A DNA stretch of 46,879 bases from a virus (IMGVR_UViG_3300015370_000022:1-46879); one strand, 5' to 3'; positions 8,523-18,121 are shown, counted from the first letter of the stretch. A program made the numbers and translations. The notes: generated from the sequence alone by a model not told the origin.

Positions 8523-9860
8523 TTATAACACTCGAACTTTCATCGTTCCGCTTGGTCTTGGCATACCATGAGTAGCCTTCAGCGTCTGATACTTATAATA
8601 ATGCTTTGCTGCCTGTTGCTCAGTATGACTCCTATCCTCGCTAGATACCTCCGCACTTTCTATGGTTAAGAGGTAATAAGCAGCATACTCGGTAAGTATA
8701 TTTAACCTCTGCCCATCAAGGCTAATGGTCAGGGCAAGGGCAGCAGCTTCTGTAGTGCCAGTTAAATCTTCTAAGGGTTTATTCCCTATCAGCCTTATCT
8801 GTCTTTCAGCACCATATAAGTAGGGGAGATAAAGATACTTGTATGTGCCGTCATCTATAATGTCGTAGCCAAAAACCCTCTCCCAATATCTGGGTAGAAT
8901 ATCATCACAAGCATCATCGGAGTAACCTGAAGTCTGAATATAGACTTTTAATAGTGAGCCATTATAGAAGTCATCGGGTAATAGATATTCCCTTATGTCT
9001 CTACCCGTTACCCGTGCTGCGTCAAAGTAGCAGGTTGCATCTTTGGTATGAACCCTGAAGCGGAGTTGAATTTCTACTATGTCATCGTTAATATCTTGGT
9101 CTTCTAATTCTAATAATGTCCACTTACTCGCAGGACAGGTGGTAGTTGAGTTGAGGGTTTGCTCCGTGCCATCCGCCTGAATTGTGTAAATCGTAAGAAA
9201 GGCATCATCGGCAACTGAGGGGTAAGCCCAGCACTTGAAATCTATATCTTTATCCATTAAATCAAGCAGTCTGGGGTAATCTTTGGAAGTGATAGACATA
9301 TAGCCGTCAGCAGCACTAGCGGTAACTAAGGCTGAGGATGTTCCTCTCTGCCCACGATATAATCCAGCAGTAGTTGTCTGGGCAGCCGTCGCACTGGTTA
9401 CACTGTAGAAATCAGGGTAGCTTGAGCTTGCCCAATCCTCAAAATGCGAGTTGGGTAGTATATTGCCAGTGATTAAAGTTCTATCGTCAAGTGGAAGAAA
9501 GAGATTAGGATAAACCTCCTTAATAGCTTCTATAATAGCTCGTTTTCTGTTCCCCCACTTATAAGGGCATAATCTGAAGTTAGCCTTCTCAGACGCAGCT
9601 TCGGCTGTCCAAGCACTAAGAACAGTAAGCGTGCTTGTGCCGTCATCATTACTAACCAGTCTCTCCTCTCCGATGTTAGCTTCGTCTTCAATAGAAACCC
9701 ACCAATCATTGAAGTGGTCAGCAGTAGAGCGGTGCTTCTGCAGATGCGTTGATACTAAGCTGGTGGAAGCAGCTAGAGCAGTGGTAACTGGATGACGATA
9801 CCTCCAGTAGCCCAGAGTTTCCAATAGTTTTTGGTCAAGACTCAATAGTGTAGTAGCCAT
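8523..9860 (-). CDS. head-tail adaptor-like protein with inserted carbohydrate-binding-like domain
   Basis: AIIEAIKEVYP and EYAAYYL adaptor-like motifs flank an NILPNSHFEDW CBM-like segment. Confidence 0.55.
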   Translation of the reverse strand: MATTLLSLDQKLLETLGYWRYRHPVTTALAASTSLVSTHLQKHRSTADHFNDWWVSIEDEANIGEERLVSNDDGTSTLTVLSAWTAEAASEKANFRLCPYKWGNRKRAIIEAIKEVYPNLFLPLDDRTLITGNILPNSHFEDWASSSYPDFYSVTSATAAQTTTAGLYRGQRGTSSALVTASAADGYMSITSKDYPRLLDLMDKDIDFKCWAYPSVADDAFLTIYTIQADGTEQTLNSTTTCPASKWTLLELEDQDINDDIVEIQLRFRVHTKDATCYFDAARVTGRDIREYLLPDDFYNGSLLKVYIQTSGYSDDACDDILPRYWERVFGYDIIDDGTYKYLYLPYLYGAERQIRLIGNKPLEDLTGTTEAAALALTISLDGQRLNILTEYAAYYLLTIESAEVSSEDRSHTEQQAAKHYYKYQTLKATHGMPRPSGTMKVRVL

Positions 9861-9881
9861 CTAACACCTCAATTAAATTAT

Positions 9882-10115
9882 TTAAGTTTTTTTGTCAATT
9901 ATTTGTTGAGCTTGATAAAGTAATTGTTCCAACTGTTGTTGTATAGCTTCAGGGGTAAAAGGCACAAGGTTTAAGTGCCTTCTATCAAGGTAACCCAATT
10001 CAGGAACTTCAAACTTATAAGTAGCCAAAATCTTCATTGGAACTTCTTCACCATCTCGTGTATAAGCAGGGTGAATCTCAATCCCATTTAATGTTTTCTT
10101 TACTGTAACGTTCAT
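9882..10115 (-). CDS. hypothetical protein
   Basis: GGAGG RBS, 77 aa in the virion operon. Confidence 0.65.
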   Translation of the reverse strand: MNVTVKKTLNGIEIHPAYTRDGEEVPMKILATYKFEVPELGYLDRRHLNLVPFTPEAIQQQLEQLLYQAQQIIDKKT

Positions 10116-10131
10116 TGTTTATCTTACCTCC

Positions 10132-11229
10132 TTATGTTCCGCTTGTAACGATTCCATTAGCCACTGTTACACTTGTGAATGTTCCCGTTGCACCTGCAGC
10201 CCCGCCCACTGTATAGGCATCAGCTTCGCAACTTGTGCCTACATCGCAAGCACCACTCATAGTCAAGGTCGTTCCAGTTAGCCCTCCGTTCAACCAGAGG
10301 TCGCCATCTACATCAACTATGAAAAGTGTTGCTACAGCATTCCCAGTATAGGCTTTAATCCCAAGCACATTCCCATTAGCAGTAACGTTGGCGATAGTGT
10401 TAGAGCCATTATGTTCCTCAATAAAAAACTCAACGAGAGACCTGCCACTGGTTGACTTAGTCGTGCTTGCCTGTCCCCCAGAGGCTTGGATACCTAGCAC
10501 AGTCGTTAAACCAACATCATCTTCTCCAACCCCTTTTATAGTTAGTCCACCTAAATTTGCATCTGATTTTTGGAAACTTCCGTAGCTATCTGTTTCCATC
10601 CACGCAGTTCTGCCATGAGCTATATCCGAACTCTTGAAAGCTAGAATTATGTTATCAGCCGCACCTTGATTGATAGTAAGCCCTAAAGTTACATTGGCAT
10701 TGGCAGTATCACCGATATAAACCGTTCCAAGATTACTTAGTGCTTGTGCCCCACCAGCTACTGCACCACCTAGTGTAATAGCACCAAGAGTAAGCGTACT
10801 TGTGCTAGATATAGTAACAGCTTGCTGGAAGGCGAAAGCACCTGTAGCGTAATCAAGAACTTTAGTGCCTGCGATATAGACATCTGCCGAAGCACCAGAA
10901 GCTGCCATTAAAGCCGTATCACCAGTAGAGCCATCAGCCCAGAAAGCGGTATGCGAGTTACCCGCCTTGCTGACAAGTATAGCAATATCACCATCGTTTG
11001 TGATGTTGGCAATAAGTAATGAATTTGCTGCTGTGCCTAGAGTATCTGCTGTACCCTCAATAACATTTGTTAGCAAAGCATCAGCAGCCAACCCTGCCGT
11101 ATTGAGAACGAGAACCCCATCATTGTCTGTACCCAAAGTTAAGAGAATGTTATCGCTAACTTCAGGCATAGTTGAAGATGCTAATCTTGCAGTTGCCTCT
11201 GAAGCACCGCTAAGGTTTCCACTATTCAT
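10132..11229 (-). CDS. tail fibre/spike-like virion protein
   Basis: G/A/T/S-rich; ends SVTVANGIVTSGT. Confidence 0.65.
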   Translation of the reverse strand: MNSGNLSGASEATARLASSTMPEVSDNILLTLGTDNDGVLVLNTAGLAADALLTNVIEGTADTLGTAANSLLIANITNDGDIAILVSKAGNSHTAFWADGSTGDTALMAASGASADVYIAGTKVLDYATGAFAFQQAVTISSTSTLTLGAITLGGAVAGGAQALSNLGTVYIGDTANANVTLGLTINQGAADNIILAFKSSDIAHGRTAWMETDSYGSFQKSDANLGGLTIKGVGEDDVGLTTVLGIQASGGQASTTKSTSGRSLVEFFIEEHNGSNTIANVTANGNVLGIKAYTGNAVATLFIVDVDGDLWLNGGLTGTTLTMSGACDVGTSCEADAYTVGGAAGATGTFTSVTVANGIVTSGT

Positions 11230-12041
11230 TATTTAAACCTCCCATCTCTTAGTGTAGCCACATTGACTACTAGGTTAGCTGTTCCTGCATCTGTGAGTGC
11301 TTCTACACACCCTATCCCGCCTATCTCACCATGATTTATTCTTTCCTCAAGTGTCTGCCCTGATAAAAGTTCACCGTAAGCAGTGCTCCTGTTAGCAGCT
11401 ACCATGCTATTAAAGGTAATCGCTGTATCAGTTAGTGCCACAGACACACTCCAGCGTGTCCAGTAAAGAGGAACATCAGAGTAATAGGTTTTGGTTGTCA
11501 TGGTGGGGTATAAGTTGACTATACTTTCTGGCTTCCATGTAGCAGGCACTGCCCAGTAAACTAGACCATCTTGAGCAAATACCATAGTAGAGAATGTCCC
11601 ATCCGTATCACTGGCATCAGCCCATGCACCATTCCAATAGTGAACATTAAGTGTGGCTGTTCCAGCAGCGTTAGTGCCATCAACGTCAATGTAAACACCC
11701 CTGAACGGCAGATGCGAACCTACTAAAAGAAAGTCACCATCGGTAAGAGCACCAAGAACTGAGACATCAACATCTGTAGAGGTACTCGCATCCTGTGCAG
11801 CATTGCTGTAATCCGTTGGCGTAGTAATCATATTATCGGTTGTCTTTAATACGACCAGCCAAGGATTAAGTATTACCCTTGCCACCACCGCAGTTGAAAA
11901 GTTGCGTGGTGTTATGAAAATATGGTTTGATTTGAGGGGCAACTGTATATAAGTTGCCGTTGTGGTGAGTGCAGTCCCACCAGAAGCGGTGGAAGCTGCC
12001 CTAAATTCACCAAGTTGTCCTGCTACTGTTTCTGTAGTCAT
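11229..12041 (-). CDS. virion structural protein
   Basis: AAGGAGGAG RBS before ATG at 12041; Thr/Ala-rich beta-type protein. Confidence 0.65.
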   Translation of the reverse strand: MTTETVAGQLGEFRAASTASGGTALTTTATYIQLPLKSNHIFITPRNFSTAVVARVILNPWLVVLKTTDNMITTPTDYSNAAQDASTSTDVDVSVLGALTDGDFLLVGSHLPFRGVYIDVDGTNAAGTATLNVHYWNGAWADASDTDGTFSTMVFAQDGLVYWAVPATWKPESIVNLYPTMTTKTYYSDVPLYWTRWSVSVALTDTAITFNSMVAANRSTAYGELLSGQTLEERINHGEIGGIGCVEALTDAGTANLVVNVATLRDGRFK

Positions 12042-12115
12042 TTTCTCCTCCTTGTGATACCCTTCACTGTCCATCACTCAACTTTTAAGTGAGGAGGTTT
12101 ATTAAAGGGTTCTAT

Positions 12116-12688
12116 TTATTTTTTCTTATCTTTATCACTTACATATAATGGTGGTTTCTTTTCAGCCTTACCCATAACAAGCTGTCGCTGAAACTCACGG
12201 TCTTCTTGTTTTTCCCTCTCTATTCTTTCTTCCTCAATAGCTGACCATTCTACCTTATGACGCTTCTGCATGTGCCGTCTTACATGAAACGATGATAAAA
12301 GATTGTCTTTCGGGCAAACAGGGAATCCCATATCATCATAGTGTTGTCGATTTGGGGCTTTCTCATGCAACATACACGGGAGAGTCCCAACTTGAGGAGT
12401 AACTTTAGGCTTAATCGTAGTGAATACAAAACGACCATCATTATCCTTTAACTGTAGCTTTCGTGGTAGCATATTATTGTTGCATTTACTACGGTCTCCC
12501 GTCTTCTGATTATAGATGTAAACATAGCCAGCACTTTCCATCTTTATAGCTACCATTGGAGGTACTGTATCGTCACCTTTATGCTCTATCCGATTTCGAG
12601 CCATGTCGCCAGGTTCATCTGCTTCCTCAGTATCTCTTACCATTTCTTCATTCATTGTAGTATTTTCAGTTGTTGTATCCTGTACCAT
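12116..12688 (-). CDS. hypothetical protein (C2H2-like CPK...HVRRH)
   Basis: AAGGAGG RBS; 190 aa. Confidence 0.75.
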   Translation of the reverse strand: MVQDTTTENTTMNEEMVRDTEEADEPGDMARNRIEHKGDDTVPPMVAIKMESAGYVYIYNQKTGDRSKCNNNMLPRKLQLKDNDGRFVFTTIKPKVTPQVGTLPCMLHEKAPNRQHYDDMGFPVCPKDNLLSSFHVRRHMQKRHKVEWSAIEEERIEREKQEDREFQRQLVMGKAEKKPPLYVSDKDKKK

Positions 12689-12719
12689 TGTGTCCTCCTT
12701 AACTATTTTCCCTTTTTAG

Positions 12720-13115
12720 TTAGTTCCCGTTTCTTATGCGATTTACCCCAACTAAGTCCAGTAAATCAATGGGTTTCTCTATCCTCATCTCGTTAGCCAT
12801 TTCCCTTAACTCGTTCACTGTGTGCTCCATGTAACTCGGTATGCGAATCTGACAATGCTTAAACTTCTTAGCATCCCCCAAATTCTGCCGATACTCTGCT
12901 TGCTTCCCATCTCGTATCACATGAATGATTTGATACCTGCACCACTTCCTACCATTCGGCTTTATCTCATTCATCTCGTATAAACCGAGTGCTTTCTCAT
13001 CACCTAGTATGTAGGTCGTTCCTAGTATCATCTTACTCCGCATTCTTGGCATAGAGTGGTGCACCACCCCACACCAAGTAGAGGGTAATCCTGCCATCTC
13101 TGACAGGCTATTCAA
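12720..13115 (-). CDS. hypothetical protein (start uncertain)
   Basis: ORF in the operon; the true start may be downstream. Confidence 0.6.
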   Translation of the reverse strand: MNSLSEMAGLPSTWCGVVHHSMPRMRSKMILGTTYILGDEKALGLYEMNEIKPNGRKWCRYQIIHVIRDGKQAEYRQNLGDAKKFKHCQIRIPSYMEHTVNELREMANEMRIEKPIDLLDLVGVNRIRNGN

Positions 13116-13518
13116 CCTCTATAAACTTCTCCAACGCCATCAAAACAGATGCCTCAATCTCTAAAGGCTTCTCTATAATAGCCTCGCACTTTTCGCATTT
13201 TGCGATTACCTTTTCTGGGAGCTTTACCTTATCAAAAACCACTTCAACTTCCTGATTCATAAGTTCCTGAAATTCCTCAGCAAACTTTGAGAAGTTCTCA
13301 TCTTCAGGGTCAACTCTTAATTGCCCCTTCTGCTTAATGTCTTCCTTGCCATAAGTCCTTACCAAGCCGTTCCGAACATCCTCAATTATCTTGAGTTGCT
13401 CATTCAGCTTGTTAGCCATTCTGGCTAGAGCAAGGCTAGACTTGACTGGCAACTTCACCTCAAGCAGTTTCTTCAGTGGCTCTGCACTAGCAAATATCTC
13501 CCCATTGTTAAGTTTCAT
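13108..13518 (-). CDS. hypothetical tail-associated/chaperone-like protein
   Basis: AAGGAGGG RBS; helical, acidic 136 aa. Confidence 0.7.
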   Translation of the reverse strand: MKLNNGEIFASAEPLKKLLEVKLPVKSSLALARMANKLNEQLKIIEDVRNGLVRTYGKEDIKQKGQLRVDPEDENFSKFAEEFQELMNQEVEVVFDKVKLPEKVIAKCEKCEAIIEKPLEIEASVLMALEKFIEVE

Positions 13519-13578
13519 ACATTACCCTCCTTTCTTTTTGGTAGCTGATTAAGGCTCAACTACCGAAGCCTATCAATC

Positions 13579-14913
13579 TTAGAATGTCTTTGCTGTATTT
13601 AGCCCAATGTAGTAGGCAGTCCCCGCAATTCTAATTTTTAGAACGTGGGTGAAGTCTACAGCCCCAGCTGCTACTGTCTCAGCTTCAAAGATACCACCTG
13701 CTGTATCGGTGATGCCTGAGCCAAGCTCAAATAAGTATCCGTTCGTGTTCAGTGTGGTCTTGCCAGTAGAGTCAGTGCCAGCGATATTCATATACAGGAA
13801 GGATGTAGCCGTTCCACTGCTCACAGCAGAGTTAGCTACGAGTTCACTTTCAAGTGGAGCATAAGTCCCAGATGTAGTGCCAACGGACAAAAGTATCTCG
13901 GCACAAACAGCAGACCCCAGCCCCGTTGTCCTGCCCGAAGCTCCATACTCAGTGTATCCCTTCAATGCGTTAGACCAACTACCGAGAGCTACATCGGTAT
14001 AGAGATGGAATCTAGCTCGCCCACCAACACCATTAGCAGCCGTCATGATTGACTTCATATATATTGGCTCAACACTATTAGAAGTATCAGCTGAAGCCGA
14101 GGTGCTGTAAACCTCAATAGCATGGTTAGCGTAGGTAGTAAGAGTCATTGAGGTTGTAGAGTTGCCTAGCCCTAGACCGTCCTCCATCTGGCTCATTACT
14201 GCATATCGGGTGTTAGCCTCTATTAAACATTTGAGTGTCTGTGAGTGTAACGAGGCAAACTTACCCGCAGCAGGTGTTATCCCTGTGCCAATCTGGAACA
14301 GGTAGCCATTGGTATCAAAGGTGCTTGCAGCAGTCCCAGTAGCGTTACAGTACAAGAATGAAGTTGCTGTCCCTGTGAGACCATTCGTATTTATCACTAT
14401 TTCGCTTTCAAGTGGTGCGTATGTTCCTGACGATGTTCCTGCTGATAGAAGTATCTCGGCATTGACAGCAGAACCTAATCCAGTAGTTCTGCCAGATGTG
14501 CCATATACCACATAGCCCTTAATAGCGTTTGAGTAACTACCAAGAGCAGCATTAACTGTCAGGTCTACTTCCCAAGGTCTCCCAGTAGCAGCAGCAGTTG
14601 CCCAAGTAGATGCAACTGCAACGGCTTGACCAGTATTGGTTATAGTTACGTCCCCATTATTAAAGTTGATTACACCACCACTAGCCAAAAACAGGTCAGA
14701 CCACATATAGGTTGATGTCCCCAGTGCATTGCTGTCTGTAGTTGTCGGATATGTAGCATCAGAACCGAAGGTAACTTCTCCTGTTCCCGCTACAGTTATA
14801 TACGCACCAGATGTAGTAAAGTAACCAGCCTCAACTCCGTCTACATAAACGGATAGTTTACTGTTGGCTTCATCCCAATGCCAACCACGTTTTATTCCAC
14901 TTGTATTTGCCAT
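13579..14913 (-). CDS. virion fibre/decoration protein with an internal duplication of about 95 aa
   Basis: ALGSxSNAxKGY...GRTTGLGSAV...GTYAPLESE...TNGYLF occurs twice. Confidence 0.75.
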   Translation of the reverse strand: MANTSGIKRGWHWDEANSKLSVYVDGVEAGYFTTSGAYITVAGTGEVTFGSDATYPTTTDSNALGTSTYMWSDLFLASGGVINFNNGDVTITNTGQAVAVASTWATAAATGRPWEVDLTVNAALGSYSNAIKGYVVYGTSGRTTGLGSAVNAEILLSAGTSSGTYAPLESEIVINTNGLTGTATSFLYCNATGTAASTFDTNGYLFQIGTGITPAAGKFASLHSQTLKCLIEANTRYAVMSQMEDGLGLGNSTTSMTLTTYANHAIEVYSTSASADTSNSVEPIYMKSIMTAANGVGGRARFHLYTDVALGSWSNALKGYTEYGASGRTTGLGSAVCAEILLSVGTTSGTYAPLESELVANSAVSSGTATSFLYMNIAGTDSTGKTTLNTNGYLFELGSGITDTAGGIFEAETVAAGAVDFTHVLKIRIAGTAYYIGLNTAKTF

Positions 14914-15004
14914 TTTATTCTCTCCTTAGATGCAGAAAGGTCTGCACCTGAATCTAAGTTTTTGTGGGGGATTTTCAGGCTCCCCCGAACCTTCTAAATT
15001 GTTT

Positions 15005-15691
15005 TTAACTTCTTCCACCTTCAACGTAGATGTAATCAACATCCACTATCTTTGCAGCCGCCTCACCCTGTGCCTCTAATGCGATTATGGGTGTGCAAGC
15101 AACCGATGCAGTTATGGCATTGTCAACATGACCTTCATACTTTCCGTTAATGAAGAAGTCAGCATGCCCATCCGCACTTACCGCAACCCTTAGTGTCTGG
15201 TATGTTCCCGCTACAGGTGCTATAGTAGTATCAACCTCAGTAGCATCGTTATCTGCCTTAACACCAACGCAATACCATGTATCATTAGTGGAGGCGGTGT
15301 CATACATGAAGCCAACCGCATCAGTAGCCGTTGTGGTTAATGCAGCCGCCAACATCTCAATAGGCATCTCAACTATAGTGCTCGCTGCCAGAACATCAGT
15401 GAACCCCACAAAAAGGGTTCTAAGGGTAATAGCGGTAACATTCTTTAGCCGTGCTTCCATAATCATTCCACCATCGGAAGCCTTCCAGTTGAGTTGATAA
15501 GTCAGGGCAATCCTGTCACCATCTGTCTGGTCGTCAGTTGTTATCCTTAATACACCATTGACCGCAGCCGTTATAGCCGTAGACCCACCAGACCCACCAG
15601 TCTCTGCACCAGTTGAGTATTGGTCTGCAATCACATCACCTAAGAAGTCATCAAAAAGTTTTACTTTTCCAAATCCAGTATCTGTCGCCAT
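15005..15691 (-). CDS. capsid-associated/decoration protein (lectin-like beta sandwich)
   Basis: FDDFLG...FFING...VDVDYIYV; first structural gene after the capsid gene. Confidence 0.65.
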   Translation of the reverse strand: MATDTGFGKVKLFDDFLGDVIADQYSTGAETGGSGGSTAITAAVNGVLRITTDDQTDGDRIALTYQLNWKASDGGMIMEARLKNVTAITLRTLFVGFTDVLAASTIVEMPIEMLAAALTTTATDAVGFMYDTASTNDTWYCVGVKADNDATEVDTTIAPVAGTYQTLRVAVSADGHADFFINGKYEGHVDNAITASVACTPIIALEAQGEAAAKIVDVDYIYVEGGRS

Positions 15692-15727
15692 TTTTCACCT
15701 TCTCCTTTAATTAGTTATTACGCAACC

Positions 15728-16273
15728 CTAATTCCTAGGAGCGTTCTTAACTTGTGGAGCTAGTTTTGAAAGTTCAGCCTCCAACTGCCGAATTCGTTTC
15801 TCGTAGGGTTCAAAGGCTTGTTTAAGATTATGGCATTTTCTAGGCTTTGCTTCCAAGTTCTCAAGGCGGTTATCGTCTCTGATACCATTGAGGTGATGAA
15901 CGAGCCACCCTTTTGGCAATTCGCCGTTAGCTTTTTCCCAAACAATGATATGCTCTGCTTGATAGCGATGTTTCTTGCCTTGTCTCGGATGTAAGATGTA
16001 AATATAGCCCTCGTTATGAGTTCGCCCACCTTTCCAGTTTGGGTTGTTCTCTCCCAGATTGGACTCCACTCTAGACTTGTTATCGCAGAGATGACATCGT
16101 GTTGACCTTCTAATGATTGACTTCCCACAATCAGCACATTTTGCTGGATGAAGCCTTTCATAACGCTGAAGTTTCTCCCTATCTTTGATAACTCGGCATA
16201 GTGAACACCACTTTGCATCAGACCGCTTTGCCTCAAACTCTCCGCCACACTCTTGGCACAATAAGGTTGACAT
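15728..16273 (-). CDS. HNH homing endonuclease
   Basis: CQEC/CADC, NPNWKGG, EHIIVWE, VHHLNGIRDDNRLENL; AGGAGG RBS. Confidence 0.93.
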   Translation of the reverse strand: MSTLLCQECGGEFEAKRSDAKWCSLCRVIKDREKLQRYERLHPAKCADCGKSIIRRSTRCHLCDNKSRVESNLGENNPNWKGGRTHNEGYIYILHPRQGKKHRYQAEHIIVWEKANGELPKGWLVHHLNGIRDDNRLENLEAKPRKCHNLKQAFEPYEKRIRQLEAELSKLAPQVKNAPRN

Positions 16274-16335
16274 ACTACACCTCCTATATAGTTAGTATAG
16301 CATATCGGTTTCGTTGTGTCAAGTATTTTAGCCAT
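15760..16335 (-). CDS. shadow ORF overlapping the HNH in another frame
   Basis: Own RBS (AGGAAGG) and ATG right after the capsid stop; 191 stop-free codons; no recognisable family. Confidence 0.35.
   Translation of the reverse strand: MAKILDTTKPICYTNYIGGVVCQPYCAKSVAESLRQSGLMQSGVHYAELSKIGRNFSVMKGFIQQNVLIVGSQSLEGQHDVISAITSLEWSPIWERTTQTGKVGELITRAIFTSYIRDKARNIAIKQSISLFGKKLTANCQKGGSFITSMVSETITALRTWKQSLENAIILNKPLNPTRNEFGSWRLNFQN
16294..16322 (-). promoter_or_regulatory. sigma70 promoter for the HNH gene
   Basis: TTGACA-17nt-TATACT with TG extension. Confidence 0.8.
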
Positions 16336-16362
16336 AATCCTTCCTATTCTATTACACCAACC

Positions 16363-17235
16363 CTATGATGTGGGAGCTGTTGCATCACTAAAAATTTCAA
16401 CACCCCAAGTATCCAAGCGTTCGCCATAGGCATACTCATCATAAACGAATATGTCAGTGGCTCCGCCACCAATGTTTTCCTTTCTTACTGGTACCGCTCT
16501 TGGTGCTCTACCTTGAACCATAACAATCGCTTCCTGTGCAAAGACTCCACCTTTGGCTTCATTGCTACTTATACTAATGTTGCCATCAGGATAAAGCTGT
16601 GCACCAGCTATCATGCCTCTAAAACCTTCAGTAAAGACACGAGCTGTAAGCCCCTCGCCTATAGGGTAAGTCCCAACACCCGCTATGATTTCATCCTCAA
16701 TGTCTCTAATTTGATAAGGATGCAAAACACATCGGAAAGGCGGGTTTCCTGGCTCGGTAGCATTACCCTGTATGATTGCCATTCCAGCCGAGATATGTCC
16801 GCTAGTTAAGGTTGAACTGCCCGACCCAGGATGCGAGTTGCTAAAACCATCCAAAACAGTAATGCCATCTTCGTCTTTCTTGCGTTGAATTGCGTTCTGT
16901 GCAAGAGAACCAATTTTAGCATACGCATTTTTAGATATGCGTGCAGCTACCCTATCAGTAATGCGGGTCTGAATACCCACAACTGTAGGCGTAATAGAAA
17001 ACAGGGTATCAGTAATTTGTTGTGGGTTTTCCAATTCAGTAGTCTCAGTGATTGATTGAGCCGTGAGTTGAGCCATTGAAACTTCGTTCCAAGTAAGACC
17101 CATACCCTCACCCAACGTCTGCTTTTCTACTAATTGAGGCATAACCCCTTCATGCTCTCTAACAATCCTTGCATTAAAAATTATCGTTGGTAAACTATCA
17201 GCAAGGCTGAGAGTAGTTGTATTTCCACTTGCCAT
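16363..17235 (-). CDS. major capsid protein
   Basis: 290 aa after the scaffold; HK97-like patterns (AIQRKKDED, CVLHPYQIRDI). Confidence 0.85.
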   Translation of the reverse strand: MASGNTTTLSLADSLPTIIFNARIVREHEGVMPQLVEKQTLGEGMGLTWNEVSMAQLTAQSITETTELENPQQITDTLFSITPTVVGIQTRITDRVAARISKNAYAKIGSLAQNAIQRKKDEDGITVLDGFSNSHPGSGSSTLTSGHISAGMAIIQGNATEPGNPPFRCVLHPYQIRDIEDEIIAGVGTYPIGEGLTARVFTEGFRGMIAGAQLYPDGNISISSNEAKGGVFAQEAIVMVQGRAPRAVPVRKENIGGGATDIFVYDEYAYGERLDTWGVEIFSDATAPTS

Positions 17236-17236
17236 T

Positions 17237-17983
17237 TTATCCTCCTATTTGTAACTTATCTCTGATGCTCTTTGCTCTCTTTAGATTGTCAGGTGTCATC
17301 TCAAGTTCCCCACTGCCAATCTTGAGCACAAAGTCTTCATCACTTAATCCTCTTCCAGAGGGCATCCCAGTTTCAGTTTTAAGCAATCCGCTTTCCTCCA
17401 TCCATTTCCGCTTCTCTTCCTCAAGGCGTTTATTGAACTTTACGTCAGCATCTTCCTTAGTAGATTTTGAAGTAGATTCAGCCTTGCTAATCTTTTCCTC
17501 GGCTTTATCTATTCTCCCCAACATTAAGAGGTTTTCCACCTTCTCAAGTCCATCATCATCATCCTTGAAAACTTCCTTAGCACGAATATAAATAGCATCG
17601 GCTTTGCGGTTATATTCGTCTTGTTGTGCCTTCGCTTCAGTTCGCTTTCTCTTCTCTGCTTGCTCTTTTTCAATTTGGTCGTATTTGCCGAGTAAACTAC
17701 GCTTCTCCTCATCTGGCAAATCACCCAAACTTTCATTTCCCTGCATAGCAACTAAGATACGCAACCTTTCATCGAGGTCATCAAGTCGAGTATTAAGTTG
17801 GGATTGCTTTCTAATGTCTTCCTCTTTTTTAGTAATCGTTTGGTGTGCAGTTCTTAATCCCTTCTCGGTCTGTTCTAGTTTAACTTTTATATCCCCAAGC
17901 TCGGCTCGAACTACCTCCAATTCATTTTCTGGGGTAGAAATCTCCTCGATTGTAGTTTCCTTCCCCTCGGTTTCGTCTGACAT
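17237..17983 (-). CDS. capsid scaffolding protein
   Basis: Acidic coiled-coil directly upstream of the capsid gene; AAGGAGG RBS. Confidence 0.75.
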   Translation of the reverse strand: MSDETEGKETTIEEISTPENELEVVRAELGDIKVKLEQTEKGLRTAHQTITKKEEDIRKQSQLNTRLDDLDERLRILVAMQGNESLGDLPDEEKRSLLGKYDQIEKEQAEKRKRTEAKAQQDEYNRKADAIYIRAKEVFKDDDDGLEKVENLLMLGRIDKAEEKISKAESTSKSTKEDADVKFNKRLEEEKRKWMEESGLLKTETGMPSGRGLSDEDFVLKIGSGELEMTPDNLKRAKSIRDKLQIGG

Positions 17984-18107
17984 TATATCCTCCTTTTTTT
18001 TGTGGGAGCGTAGTCCTCTAAACGAAGAAACGGGGGTAACTTCGCATAGCCTGAACTACGCCCCCGTTTTCTTATAGCCCTATTTAATTTTTAATGTTCT
18101 ACTTCTT

Positions 18108-18116
18108 ATTATATCA
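18108..18116 (-). promoter_or_regulatory. extended -10 promoter for scaffold/capsid
   Basis: TGATATAAT in the intergenic region upstream of the scaffold gene. Confidence 0.55.
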
Positions 18117-18121
18117 TACCC

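Noticed and set aside
13690-14550. Diversity-generating retroelement TR/VR pair
   Set aside because: Both copies are in frame in one gene, differences are not adenine-specific, and no reverse transcriptase is present
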